Assembly (NCBI GenBank): GCA_964016885.1
Contig: CAXHJY010001509.1
Span: 24,001 to 88,000, forward strand
DNA length: 64,000 nucleotides
Origin: Eledone cirrhosa
Taxonomy: Eukaryota
Reading direction: 5' to 3'
The translations under genes were made by a program, and so were the position numbers. The notes beneath the pieces were generated by a model. The model saw nothing but the letters and a program-made list of their open reading frames with translations. It did no database searches and was not told the origin of the DNA. The number at the start of each line of letters is the position of its first letter. Positions within the stretch are counted from its first letter, which is position 1. Positions 24,971 to 37,979 of this stretch are shown piece after piece.

Positions 24971-25499
24971 ATGATTAAGCAAATAGATATGTTTAATTCT
25001 ATATCTTTATAAATGAATTAATAACACACCATTACATTATTTAAGTTTTGAATAATGAAAGTGTCTAAGTGTTAGCAAGAAACATTCTAACAAATTATAT
25101 CTCTTCACACTGTTTTACTAACTCCCTCCCTACCACCAACAACAACCAGCATGTAGCTAGCAGTCTCCATTATTCCCTTCCTTATCCTATTCATACTCTC
25201 TCCTTCATCCTATTGGTAATTTTGCCCCTACATTTTCATGCCTTGAAAAACAGGAATGGAATGAAGTGTATAGGGCTCTTTATCTATGCAGGCAACAAAA
25301 CACCCTCTCCAGTGTTGGCACCATGATCAAATACATTCAGTATACTCTAAGCTGGTCAGCAATCAAATAGTTTCAATGTAAGGCAAAGAGGTCTCTTCAA
25401 ACACATCAAGGATTTGACCTCACTAGTGCTGGTGCCATGATATATAACTCCTAATATACTCTAAAGTGGTTAGTGTTTAAAGTAACTATCCTTAAAAAC

Positions 25500-25675
25500 C
25501 ATGCTAAAATGATTTGCAGCATTTAGTAACAGTTCTTTACATTCTGTGTTCAAATCCAAAGTTAATTTTGACTTTCATCCTTCCAGAGTTCATAAAATAA
25601 AGTACCAGTCAAGTGTTGGGTTTGATATAATTAATTTACTCCTCCCACAAATTGCCACCCGTGTGTTTAAAAATC
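25500..25675 (+). mobile_element. Old S2 SINE
   Basis: gttcaaatcc...actttcatccttccagagttcataaaataaagtaccagtcaagt. A similar copy lies at 26520-26680. Confidence 0.7.
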
Positions 25676-26711
25676 ATTATAATTAAAGTTAACTACAATA
25701 CTTTTAACTACACAAAGTTTCATACCAGAGATCATCTTCGCCCATTTATTCCTAAGAGGGTCTTGTGGGGGGCAGAGTTCTCAAACACTCCTTCCAGTGG
25801 GTCCTGTCAGAAGCAACCATCTCCAACTGATCCAGCTGGATCCCCAAGCATGACTAGCCAAGCTCATGGATCCAACCAACTTGCTCAGGGTGATCTATGC
25901 TTGGGTCTCTTGCCAGCTGGTTTTTGCCCATAAAATCTGTTCAGTGATTATTTCCTGAGACATTCAAACCACATGTAATATAGTAAAGACCTTTGTGTTT
26001 GAGAGAAACAAAAAAAAATCATTTCAAATCAATCATGATTATATTTTCCTCTCTGTTCTAAATATTGAACTATTAACTGAAATCAATAATAGGCTGGATG
26101 ATTTTGTTTTGTTTTCTCTTTATAATTAGTAGAGTCCTTTTTATTGTTTAGTGTAGCCAGGGGTGGGATCCAATTTGTGAAACCTCAATTTGACTTTAAT
26201 AATAACCTTTTGTTCTGCTGTTTTACCATATTGTATTATATTAGGTTCTTTATGAGATGGTTGAATACAAAACATAAATCAATTTCTTTTTGTATTGTTG
26301 AGTAACTGATGATATTCATTTTTTTGTTTTATGTGTAAAATGTTCCATTACCATGAATTAATTAAGTAATTAATGGTTAATGATGTGAAATTAATAAATG
26401 TTAGTTTTTTCTTGTTCTAGTTGTTTTTGTAACTGAAAGAAATAAAACTATTTTATGGCCGCGAAGAAAATTCTTTAAAAATATTTGTAAGATAACATTA
26501 TTACAACAGTAGTAAAATTCTTTCTGATTCTTTACATTCTAAGTTCTAATCCCACTAATATCAACTTAGCTTTTCCTCCTTCTGGGGTTGTTAAAATAAA
26601 GTACTAGTCAAGTACTAGAGTTGCTTTAATCAACTTTGCCTTTCACCATAATTAACTGACCCTTTTCCTAAATTAGAAATCCATCGATATATATATATAT
26701 GTATCTATATA

Positions 26712-27138
26712 TCATCACCGTTTTGCGTCCATTCTTCCATGCTAGCATGGGTTAGACTGGTTGGTTGTAGGCAGTGTCTGGTTGGCTGACCTTGTCTTGC
26801 TCATAAAGGAACTGATTCTGGTTTGATTTCTACAGCTGGATGCCCTTCCTAACACCAACCTCATTTACAGTGAGTGCTGGGTACTTTTTTTCCGTGGCGC
26901 CTACATATCCACTTTACAGTGTGGGCTGGGTGCTTTTTTGCTGTGGCACCTCCACGACCACTTTGCAGTGGAATGATAGGGACCCCAGTCCTATCATTTC
27001 ATTTCTACAGATGAGTAAACTTCAGTAATGTGAAATAAAGTGTCTTGCCCAAGGAAACAACATCACCCGGCCCAAGAATTGAACTCACAACCTTTCGATT
27101 GCAAGCCCAATGTTCTAACAACTAAGCCATGCGCCTTC
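26712..27138 (-). mobile_element. Full-length SINE S1 (long-tail variant)
   Basis: Head, core, duplicated unit, and a tail matching 23741-23890. Confidence 0.9.
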
Positions 27139-27152
27139 ATATATATATATAA

Positions 27153-27433
27153 GTAGTAACATGTGCTTATGCCATATTGGACTTAATAGAATTAGTCTGC
27201 TAGTTTGGATTTTTAAAAAACCTCTGAATGGAAAAATGAATGAGTATTGACAAACCCACATCTTTGGTTTGCCAGACAAATGTGTTACCATTACATCAAC
27301 ATGTCTGGGCAACCAAAGATGTGGGTTTGTGTCCCAATACTCATCCTTTTTTCCATTGAGAGGGTTTCTTTTTAAATCCCAACTAGCAGACTAATTCTAT
27401 TTAGTCAAATACTGCATAAGCACAAGTTACTAC
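27153..27433. repeat. Long fold-back hairpin, ~135-bp arms, next to (TA)n
   Basis: gtagtaacatgtgcttatgc...aatagaattagtctgctagtt...caaacccacatctttggttt is mirrored by aaccaaagatgtgggtttg...aactagcagactaattctatt...gcataagcacaagttactac. Confidence 0.9.
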
Positions 27434-28123
27434 CTAATTTTCAAATTCGCTAGCCATTTCTAAACGAAGCATGCTTTGTGTCTCCCGATTTATATACATA
27501 TATATATATATATATCACATTACAAATATACATTTTGTTAGCACAGAGTATTTTGTTCACTTTTATATTCAAACTATATTTTATTGAGTAATTGTGAGCA
27601 ACCAAGATTTTGAAAAATATATTTCCTATAGCTTCTATAGACTCTATATATATAAAACTACATGGTTTAAACACATTTTCGCACTAGATGTCAACGTGTA
27701 TTTGTTTACAACATTAATATTGATATAAAGTGAATACTGACAAGACCAATCCGCCCTACAGATACATTCGTTTCCTCCTGTCTATGTATGTAATAAATGT
27801 TCAAGCACAGAGCATGGTGCAGCAGTTAACTCACATGTTATTTTTCATACCTGATTTTCTAGTAAAAAGCTGTGATTTATCTATGAGAATACATATACAT
27901 CATCAGCATTTACTGTCTGCTTTCCTGCTTGCAAGGGTTGGCTGTGTTTACCTTACTAAATCAGTACTGAAGCAGGGCTACTGACCTCCCATACTGGCTG
28001 AGGGGTTTGCATCACGCATAGATACATTCGATCAAGTGTAGAGAAGAAATTGTATCTTTTGACACAAACTGAAGAGTCCTCCCAACACACATGCATATAT
28101 ATATACACACACACGTGCACGTG

Positions 28124-28173
<50 letters not shown>

Positions 28174-29206
28174 TATATATTTCATATGTTATATAATTAA
28201 ATTGATAAAATATCTCATTTCTTATTACTTAACTAATCTTAGCTTAATGCTGAGTAATTCCATTAACAAATCTTATAATTAAGTATTATTTAACGTATCA
28301 CATGAGTCTGCTTATATATGCAGACAGCAAATCTCTTATTCTTATCTGAACTCTGTGTGATCTTCACAAATAACTAGCATATATATAAATACACTTCACG
28401 CCAAACTTCAAAGTAATTAAAAGAATTTCTCTCGTCCTTTCTTCCAGAGAGGAAAAGTTTTATAAATATAGATTATATCTAACATTTGCTTAAGTAATCT
28501 ATGCATTTAATATGCCATTCCAGTGCACTACTACTAATCCATTAGCAATCTTTAAGTGTGGATCAGCAACATGTCTTAATCCATACAAGTAAAGTAGTCA
28601 CACCTATAATAAGTAATAATGAAGTATACTGTTTTATGAGAAGAGACTTATCTAGTAACCTCTTCAATGACCATTTTTAAGACTATTATAATCAATCTGG
28701 TTTTAATCTTTGCAGCCAGTGTATTCTATCTGTGTCTATTATCTTCTTAGAATCCATTAAAGGTTTGAAATATCATTAGTTGTCAAGGTGTTATTTGACT
28801 AGAGTATTCCACTTCACAGTTAATAACAAACATTGATAGCCAGATCAAAGGTGTAAAATCATATATATATATATATGTTAGTTTGTATGTTTATATATAT
28901 ATATATGTTAGTTTGTATGTTTATATGTATATATATATGTCTGTTTGTATGTATATATATGCACTTGTGTGAGTAAGAATACGGTGGTGATTAAAAGTTT
29001 TGAAAATAGAATTAGAAGCTTTCACCATACATTGACTACAGAAAATAGACTAATATTAGGGCATATGAGACCCCATAAGGAGGGGAAAATGGGCATTAGC
29101 ATGCATGGGAATCAAACCCACACCTTTTATTCAAACAACCAAATATTTCTTATTCTGACTATAATACAATGGGTTATGTACTAGCGAAATGATTTCCTGA
29201 GAGGAT

Positions 29207-29550
29207 ATTTCATTTCATTTCATTTCATTTTCCGTCTGCTTTTTTCCCTACTTGCAAGGGTGGGACGGGAACTGATTCTGGCTTGATTTCTACAGATGCA
29301 TGCCCTTCCTAACACCAACCTCATTTACAGTGAGTGCTGGGTGCTTTTTTGCCGTGGCACCTCCACGACCCCTTTGCAGTGGAATGATATGGACCCCAGT
29401 CCCTATCATCTCAATTCTACAGCTGAGTAAACTGGAGCAATGTGAAATAAAGTGTCTTGCTCAAGGAAACAACATCACCCGGTCTGAGAATTGAACTCAC
29501 AACCTTTCGATTGCAAGGCCAATGCTCTAACCACTAAGTTATGTGCCTCC
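29207..29550 (-). mobile_element. Full-length SINE S1
   Basis: Reverse match to 17034-17378; (CATTT)n tail. Confidence 0.92.
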
Positions 29551-29784
29551 ATATAGATTATAAAAACTAGAACTCTGGATTACTGATACAAACAGTTTTG
29601 AGTTCAATCTTATTAGAAGCTACATAATCCATACCAAAGTAATTTTGATGGAATAGGTTCTATATCTTATTAACTATTCTGCCTGTGTTAACCATGGTTA
29701 CATAGACTATACAGCTACTACTTATTTCATACTTGTCTTGTTTCATCCCATTCTTTTTTATTTATTTATTACATTCTTTAATTT

Positions 29785-29962
29785 CACTCACAAGCACTGC
29801 GTCTCCTCCCCATCTTCCAGGGAAATGCCTTCTCTATTCTGTCTACCAGGGCCATAGGGCGGCCAGTACGTGGGCCCTCGTTTGCTCATAATAGTCAGAG
29901 ATGGGTAAAGTGAGAGACAGAGGCAGTGAAAGTTTGGTTCCGTTGTGTTCTGACCTGGTGTA
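29785..29962 (+). mobile_element. CRE-like retrotransposon 3' end, decayed
   Basis: ccagggaaatgccttctctattctgtc (RGNAFSILS) and the downstream UTR are homologous to the reverse complement of 34015-34190. Confidence 0.6.
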
Positions 29963-30848
29963 TATGTATATATTTATTTACCACACCACACTAACTGTAT
30001 ATTACAAGATTCTTTTGTACGTTACTGGTGCTTTATTTTACCTTTTAACATGATTCTCATATGTTCAAAAGAAAGTCCTGAACCCCACCCCACCCCACCC
30101 CTGAACCATCAAAACTCCATCCTCCATTCTTCTCATGTCACACACAAACCTATCAGATTTGATAAATTGCATCAATTTCTTTTGTTCTCTAACACTGACC
30201 ATCGCTAGATAGATTACATAGTTTGTTTTCATCTTTACAGTTCTGCTGGCAGAGATGTTTAATGTGTTGCATAATTGGCTACCATGCTGTCATAGATTCC
30301 GAAAACCTTTATTCCATAACCATTTAGGCTCCCAGATAAATTATATAACTCTGCTTGCTGTAGTGTTATAGTGTACCTTGTCTATGATTAGAATTCTAAA
30401 CCAATTTCATGGTTGAGTGAAGAAATAGCAGAAGAGAGGCCATTCATTCATCTATAAAACAAGCTGGTCCAACAAACGATTTCACAAGAAATCACAGGAA
30501 AAATGGAAAACAAAAATATACATGATAGAAGAAAAATATATGATATACACTGTTTATATGATATCCAGTTTATTCCTGAGATTTTCCCTTTATTTATAAA
30601 ACCAATGGATTGTTAAGAATTTCACATGGATGAGGTTATCAGGTTACGATTACTAGAAGGTATTTTGTTTTTGCTTTTCAGATTCAGATTCCTTCTCTAA
30701 ATTTTTCTTAGATTGTGTGTATGTTATATGAAAAAGAGGTTATTTGAAAGTACACAGAGATAATTGTATGGAAATATTTTCAATTGATGCTAGAGTACAA
30801 GCAGCACATAAAGCCAGAAAAAGTGATCGTTGATGCAGAAGCAATTAT

Positions 30849-30886
<38 letters not shown>

Positions 30887-30896
30887 CCTTCATCTG

Positions 30897-30998
30897 CTTC
30901 GTAATATGTGAATAGTTCAAGTAACATATTTAATCATTTTTTTTTTTTTTTGTTGACAGTGAAAATAAGTTACTTGAACTATTCACATTTTACGTAAG
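30897..30998. repeat. Inverted repeat next to (TA)n
   Basis: atgtgaatagttcaagtaac / gttacttgaactattcacat around a poly-T spacer. Confidence 0.8.
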
Positions 30999-31353
30999 TG
31001 TGTGAATATGTATACGTACAAATTTATTCGTGCGTGCGATAAATGATAAATGGTTAGAATTTCTATTTGATAAACTTAATACATTGACAAACACGTATCG
31101 AACCACATATCTATTCTACATCAAACAACAGCAATATCTGTTGACGTTCATGAATTGTATGAAGTATGAAAGGCTATCAGAGACATAATCGAGATGTACA
31201 TGAAATTACATAAATGCGAAGTTCACTTTTTTCCCACCAAACAAATATGCTGACAATATAAATAACTTGAAATTACAAACAGAGATGACCATAGCTGTCA
31301 AAATTCAACATACACACAGATATATCTCTATTTCACATGAAAATATAGAATAT

Positions 31354-31400
<47 letters not shown>

Positions 31401-31487
31401 GTTATAACAGTGACATATACATGTACTTAAGTTTCGTTGGGTTACACACCCCTAACTCATTCAGCCTGTCATATAAATATATATGTA

Positions 31488-31564
31488 CAAGGTGCCCTCA
31501 AAAAATGGATACACATTTATTAGAATGCTGTTGAAATGGGTATACATTTTTGAGGAACACTTTG
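31488..31564. mobile_element. Tc1/mariner-type MITE
   Basis: Imperfect TIRs CAAGGTGCCCTCAAAAAATGGATAC / GTATACATTTTTGAGGAACACTTTG with TA flanks; same family as 38630-38706 and 40131-40229. Confidence 0.75.
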
Positions 31565-31592
31565 TATATATGAGAGAGGGAGGGGGAGAGAA

Positions 31593-31629
<37 letters not shown>

Positions 31630-32187
31630 AAGAGAGAGAGAGAGAGAAAGAGAGTTCAATCAATTCTAATTTCCAGATAGGTTATGGAGTACAGTTTAGT
31701 AACTTCCATCCGATTTGATTCCACATTTTTTAATGAAAATTTGTAAATATATTTTCGAAGGTGTAAGGTTATGATTATTTTGAAAAAAAAAAGGTGCTCC
31801 GTTTATTTAAATGCTTTTCCCAGTTCATTGTTGTAGCAATGACATAACTTTTCTGTAGAAAATGTATTACGTTATCCTAATATTTATTACCAACATGAAA
31901 TTGGATGACTTGATGAAAAAAAAAATGCCCTCGTTTGCGTTTAGCTTATCACAAACACAAATCTAAAGGATTAACGAGCGGAACTATAAACAATAAATGA
32001 AAGTATTAAAAAGAAATCAAATTAATCCTCTTTTGTATTTCCTTAACAAAATTGTACTAAAACGTATCCGCAAAATTTCATATAAAAATGTGCATTATTA
32101 AGGAAGATCTGAGGAAATAAATTTAGTGGGTGGGACGTGAGAGCACTGACCTGTAAGCCGAGTATCAGTAAACATGTATATAAGATA

Positions 32188-32810
32188 CTAGCAGTGGTAC
32201 TCGGCGTTGCACGGGATAAGGTATTTTGGAACGCGGGCCGCCAACAGACCTAATCGTGGAAAAATTGCATGCCTGGACAATATGTAAAGAAAATAAACCG
32301 AATACTCTGATGGTTAGATAATCTTTAAGATTTTCCTCGATGAAGCAGGAAAAATGCAGGTTTTCACCTAATGCAGGCCCTACGGGGTCAAGAAAAGGAA
32401 TTTTTTTCATTTGCCTAATATGCCTTGAAATTTGGGGAAAATCGGCTGGATGTAACGGCTCCAAAAAGCCCTAAAAAGCTGAAAAAAATGAAGTTTTTCA
32501 CCTAATGCGGGCTCTAGGCCATAAAAAGTTGGATTTTCTTTGCTTACCGTATGAAGAAGAGACTGACTAATACATAGTTACAATTTCAAGGAAACCAGTC
32601 TGACGTAATGACTCAAAAAACCCCTAAAAATCTTTTTAAAAGGCAGTTTTTCACCTAATGCGGGCCCTAGGAGATCTAAATGTTCAAATTTTTTATGTGC
32701 ATAACACTCCCTGAAATATAAGTAATACACATGTAAAGTTTGAAAAAAGTCGGTTGGGTACTTTTAGGGATTCAAACAAACAGTTTTCGTTTAAAATTCG
32801 TATTACTTAT
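32188..32810 (-). mobile_element. Non-autonomous Helitron-like element with internal subrepeats
   Basis: Minus-strand 3' end cccgtgcaacgccgag (hairpin)-taccactg-CTAG|T at 32188. The motif tttttcacctaatgc.ggc.cta recurs at ~32360, 32494 and 32647. Confidence 0.7.
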
Positions 32811-32819
32811 CCGCATTAT

Positions 32820-33010
32820 AAGGTGGTTTGGCAGTATCGGTAGAGCGTCAGACGCCCTGCTTTGCCTTTACGTTCTGAGTTTAAATCGCTCCTTGGTTAA
32901 CTTCGCCTTTCTTCCTTACGGGGGTCGATAAAATAAAGTACCAGTCACGCACTGGGGTCGATTTAATCGACTTTCCCCTCCCCAGAAATTTCTGGCGTTT
33001 TGCCTATATA
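32820..33010 (+). mobile_element. S2 SINE, CpGs retained
   Basis: tggcagtatcggtagagcg head; ttcgcctttcttccttacgggggtcgataaaataaagtaccagtc core. Confidence 0.88.
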
Positions 33011-33039
33011 AAAAAATCGATATTATACTATTATACATT

Positions 33040-33173
33040 CAATGCCGGATTCACCATTGTATTTAGGTGTGGCCGGAAAGAGAGCAGCTTCCTACCAAAA
33101 GATGTTTTTACCTCCTCCAGGGGCCTCATAACTTAACTAACACAGGGCCTCATTTGTCCTAAATGCGGCACTG
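33040..33173. mobile_element. hAT-type MITE (134 bp)
   Basis: TIRs CAATGCCGGATTCA / TAAATGCGGCACTG; exact 8-bp TSD TATACATT at 33032-39 and 33174-81. Confidence 0.85.
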
Positions 33174-33667
33174 TATACATTTATAATTGATAAAATACGA
33201 TGTTTACAACTTTAATAAAATACGTTCATGCTTCATAAATTGTTCTAATTCGGTTAATCATCTATACCTAACCCCCCCCCCCCCCCCCCCACGTAGGTTA
33301 TGGAGCATATTTATGTTTTATTAGGCATCTATTGAAAGAGTATTTTCAATGACGAAAAATAGTTGGTCTCAAGAAAGAGTTAAATAGATGAATTAACAGT
33401 ATTCATTGATGTTACGTTGTAAATTCAATATTGACGCAAGTTACAGCGAGTTCTTTGGAAATAAATAAAGACTATTATAGATTGTTTTTAAAGAAAGTTC
33501 ATTCAAGTGAAAAATATGAATGGACAAAAACTAAAATGTTCAAAGAAGTAATTAAATTTTTATGTTCGTTGCTTTGCTGAATGCTTGATATAAAAGCTAT
33601 CAGTGTTAATTTGTTGGTTTAGTGTGTGTTTCAGTACTGAAGCTTAAGAGTTAGGTTATGGATAAGA

Positions 33668-33880
33668 GTCGATCGACTTTCGTCAAATCGGACCGAGGAA
33701 ACAATGTTTCCGTTGGTATCTCCAATTGCTAATACTCTATATCGGTTGCAACTCCAGGTAGAAAGAGTAACGTGAAATAAAGTGTCTTGCTCAAGGACAT
33801 AACGCATCACCCGGTCCAGGAATCGAACTCACAACCTCACGATTGCGAATCCAATCCTCTACCCACTCAGCCATGCGCCT
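33668..33880 (-). mobile_element. tRNA-derived SINE (S1 head with a different tail); second copy at 36405-36566
   Basis: cgatcgactttcgtcaaatcggaccgaggaaacaatgtttccgttgg...gtgaaataaagtgtcttgctc...ccaggaatcgaact in both copies. Confidence 0.85.
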
Positions 33881-33989
33881 AAACACCTCTATATTTCACA
33901 AGTACTAGCACCTACAACAAAAATTGACAGCTGTTTTGATTTGAAGTTTGAGAATTAAAGTACACACGTAGAACCCATTATAGATTCAT

Positions 33990-34290
33990 TAACTGCTTAA
34001 TGACAAGGATATAGTCCGAACGTGGAAGAGCCGAACTTCCGCTGTCATCTCCTCCATCTCTCTCGCCTCTCCATCTCTCCGTATGGTGAGCAAATGGAGT
34101 CCCACGGGCTGGCCTCCCCACAGCCCCCGGACAGAATGGAGAAGGCGTTTCCCCGGAGGATGGTAAAGGAGATACGCTGGAAGAGACATTCCAACTCGCG
34201 AGGCTCACACCTGCGGCTGGCCAGCTCAGCGCCTATGGTGGTGAGTAGGGTGGTGAGTAGCCCTAGGGCCAAAGACACCAGAAGTCTCTG
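33990..34290 (-). mobile_element. CRE-like retrotransposon 3' end (RLE C-terminus + UTR)
   Basis: ETSGVFGP...LLTTIGAELASRRCEPRELECLFQRISFTILRGNAFSILS matches the RLE C-terminal consensus ET.G..GP...QRIS.AI.RGNA. Confidence 0.75.
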
Positions 34291-34296
34291 TTAAAT

Positions 34297-34575
34297 GCGT
34301 CCTCGTCAGATAGAATACACGAGTTGATGTGTGACATGCCTCAACTGTCTTGATAGTTCAATTCCAGTATTGCCAATACTGGAATTGAACTATCAGGACG
34401 GTTGAGGTGTGTCATGCTTCAGTTCATGTATTTTGTCTGACGAGGACGTGCTGAAAAACCAGCACGGTGCCTTCGAAATATATATAATAAAACATATATT
34501 TTGATTAAGTATATATATATTATATATCCCTATAACTCATTAAAATCTGCACAATACACCTTGTGTGTTTGTATA
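34297..34575 (+). mobile_element. pLTR-like element with a 76-bp fold-back arm, ending in (TA)n
   Basis: Arms 34297-34372 and 34374-34449 around a 1-nt centre; the right arm runs into the hammerhead. Confidence 0.75.
34431..34492 (+). ncRNA. Minimal type I hammerhead ribozyme
   Basis: TTTTGT-CTGACGA-GGACGTGCTG-AAAAAC-CAGCACGGTGCCTTC-GAAAT-ATAT-AT-A-ATAAAA; palindromic ATAT loop in stem III. Confidence 0.75.
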
Positions 34576-34605
34576 TTATATATATATATCCAATGCAATT
34601 CCTAC

Positions 34606-34745
34606 CTTGGTGATATTGCTACAAGAAGTTCACTTTCCAATCACAAGCTGTTTCTCCAAAGCTACTCATGTATTTAATCTTGTCATTTGTACATATGTAC
34701 TGAACATTTATGCAATTATATATTAGAAATAAATTTAACAATATC
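34606..34745 (-). other. Candidate 140-nt exon (non-coding or 5' UTR)
   Basis: Acceptor tctttctttccag|G at 34746, donor AAG|gtagga at 34605. Stops in all three frames. Confidence 0.4.
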
Positions 34746-35458
34746 CTGGAAAGAAAGACTTAATCTATCTTTGCCAGTGTATTGGCTTGCTTCAAAAAGT
34801 ATTAGGGGGCGGTTCCGGCAACCCTGATGATTCTATATTTTAATGTGATTTATTTATGTAATTAAGTAATAGAGATATATATGTGTATGCGTTGAATTTT
34901 CAGAGCTAAGGTATTTCTGTTTGTAATTTTAAGCTATCTATATAGACTACAGTTTAGTATCTTTGGATTCGGTTTTTCGCAACTTTATTAATAAAACATT
35001 TTTCAATAACATTTTACAAACACATTTTATTATGTTGATAATATTTTTTTTTTTTAAATTATAATTTATAATTTTGTCTTCTGGGTTTTCGCAGTTAGAA
35101 TGTCAACGTTCATTCAGAAAATTTATAACAACATTATTTGATATTAATTATCTATATGAAATTGGAAGGCACATTTATTAAACTTCCGAGTTTTCGTTTT
35201 GTCGAATACAACCACAAATCTAAAATATCCAGGTGTTTACTAGATGACCCGGTAAACTATTCCATTTACTAATAATTGTTTGAAAAAACCTGCAGTATTT
35301 CGTAAACTCAAATCCGAGATTACATCTTAAGTTCATATGAATTTCAATTTATATACTTGTACCCAAGTTTGTTCAAACTAATATCAAATAATTTGTTTCG
35401 CTAATATGTGTAAAAATAGATAAACTAATTATTAAACCATGAGCACTAAATAGCTTAC

Positions 35459-35640
35459 CTTTCGCTGATAACTTGTCTTTTCTTAGCAGATCCTTATTTT
35501 GTAAAAATCCCTTGTAAAATCCCTTGCATTTAAAGTCAATATAGAACATGGCCTCAATTGAAGCCATATCTAATGTGTTCTTTTGTCCATTGAACAGTCA
35601 TTAGCGATAAAACTCGCTCAACATTAATATTGTGAGCCCG
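35459..35640 (-). other. Candidate first exon (start approximate)
   Basis: Strong donor AAAG|gtaagc at 35458-53, just downstream of the promoter motif cluster. Confidence 0.35.
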
Positions 35641-35654
35641 AATGCTAGGCAAGT

Positions 35655-35735
35655 ATTGGCATTCATGTGGTTATTGAACAAACCAATCGGACATTTAAAA
35701 TAAATGGAAGTGAAAACCAATAGGTGCGCATGTTT
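35655..35735. promoter_or_regulatory. Candidate Pol II promoter: CCAAT boxes, ETS-like and NRF1-like motifs
   Basis: ATTGG 35655, CCAAT 35683 and 35717, GGAAGTG 35706, TGCGCATG 35725, in CpG-retaining unique sequence. Confidence 0.4.
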
Positions 35736-35805
35736 GTGTTGGCAGCACGACACTCCCAAAGTATTTAAAAAAAAAAAAAAAAAATTATATATACATTTTT
35801 TATTT

Positions 35806-35890
35806 GAAGGCGCGTGGCAAGAGAGTTGGTAAGAGAGTTGAATTCGCCATCGTGGCGTTGTGAGTTCGATTCCTGGACGGGGCGATGCAG
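35806..35890 (+). mobile_element. Isolated tRNA-like SINE head
   Basis: ggcgcgtggc...ggt (A-box) and gagttcgattcctggacgggg (B-box). Confidence 0.65.
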
Positions 35891-35909
35891 ATACAATTCA
35901 TCTGCACCT

Positions 35910-35944
<35 letters not shown>

Positions 35945-36563
35945 TATGCATACGTACACACACATATATGTGTGTAACGAACATTAATAATTGTTTCTAC
36001 TTTGGGCACAAGGCCAGCAATTACTCAGTGCATTACTGGTACTTTATTTTATCGACTCCGTAGGGATGAAATGCAAAATGGTCGATTCTTTGTAAACAAA
36101 CGGCCCGATTTGTTAAGCTGTGTCGTTCGTCACCTGTTCAACCTGTTTGAGGAACAATCAACATGTTTCTGGGTCATTACCCTTCATCATGGCTGTATAC
36201 CTCTGTCAGTTCGTTCAACGGTTGAAAATATATAGTATTTTCTTAAGTACACATCGGCTGAGTAGCCTCATTTGCTTGCCGAATATTAGAAATAAAATTA
36301 GAATGTTATTTCTCGCCCTAACACAGCTGATGCATAAATGTAAGTACACACATATATATATATATTATTTATATATATATATATATATATTATTTATATA
36401 AAGGATCGATCGACTTTCGTCAAATCGGACCGAGGAAACAATGTTTCCGTTGGTCGTTCCAATTGCTAATACTATCTATCGGTCGCAACTCCAGGTAGAA
36501 GGAGCAACGTGAAATAAAGTGTCTTGCTCGAGGACATAATGATTGCCCGGTCCAGGAATCGAA

Positions 36564-36613
<50 letters not shown>

Positions 36614-37979
36614 TATATATACATATACATATGGGTTATATAGAACATTGATGATCATATTTTAAAAAAAGGGATGTTTACCAGTAGTTATATTCTTTGC
36701 TATTCGACATTGAAAGCTTTCATAAACAAGCACTAGCTATAAAATTGTCGTCTGCGATGTCTATCACGTGATACTCGCACTCACCCGCTCTCTCTATTTA
36801 CCCCCACTGCCCCCCCCCCCCTCTCTTAAAAAAGTAAAAAGAAGACATCACCATAAAATGTATCTTTTTTCGCCCCTCCAAAGTTTGACTGGTGCAAATA
36901 TATATAGGTCTTAATATATTTTAAAAATAAGAGATATATATTCATTTTCAATATCTTCTATACAAGATGGCTCCAATTTTTCGCATTAAATTCCTCGAGA
37001 AATGAAGTCCATTCCATATGGTGGTTAATGAAAGTGCTGTAACAATTTCTTTTTCTGTTCAAACACACTGTAATATCAATTATTCAAGTCAAACCTCAAC
37101 ACCTAAAGGAATAAATTTTTCATTAGTTATTTCCTTTACTGTTAACGAGTTCGTTTAAATAATGAAACGCCTGAATGGTGCTTTCTGGTCATTTGTTCAA
37201 TTTGCATAAACTTATTAGTAATAATTCTTTCTACATTTAGCACAGGGCCAGCAATTTGAAGAGGGAAGAAACAGTCGGTTAATTGTGATCAGTGTGTTAC
37301 TGGTATTTTATTTTATAAACCTAAGAGTGATACTAAATTCAAAACCGTAAACAATAAAATAGTAAATGCCGCTCGTAAATAATATGGAACGTCATCAAAT
37401 CACAAAAATCTCATTTTTTATTTTTTTTCAATTCGGACATTATACATACTGAAATGAGAAGACATTTTCATGACAATTACTTTCGTCAAACAGAAATACA
37501 AGCAGAATTGTCAGAATTTGAGCTGAGCACCTAAATTCTTCCATAAAATCATTCACACTTTTTCTACTTTATAATTATTTGCATCCGTAGATATGTCAAA
37601 AATTGACAGGTTATCTTTGACAATCTCTGAAATAATGTGTGGAGCTATTACAATTTTTTTATCTATTTATTATTGCTGCACATGAAAATGTGCTTGCTGT
37701 TTAGGTGTTATAAAATAATTGTTGGGGGGAGAAATTCTTTCATACAATAATTCGAGTCGAACAAGTGATGATGACAGAATGGATAAAATCATTGTATATA
37801 CTGCAGTTATTATCTTCTTATCTTTTACAATCAAATTTAGTATTTTTCGCAGATGATAGAATTGAAGACAATATACATCGTTTGTGCTTTACAATTTCTT
37901 TATGCTTCCCATGATGTTTAATATTCACTGTAACCATTATATATTTTACAATCAGCTTCAAAACAAATTTTTCTTGTTT

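Noticed and set aside
30225-30520. Plus-strand exon after tttcatctttacag
   Set aside because: No convincing donor or recognisable reading frame.
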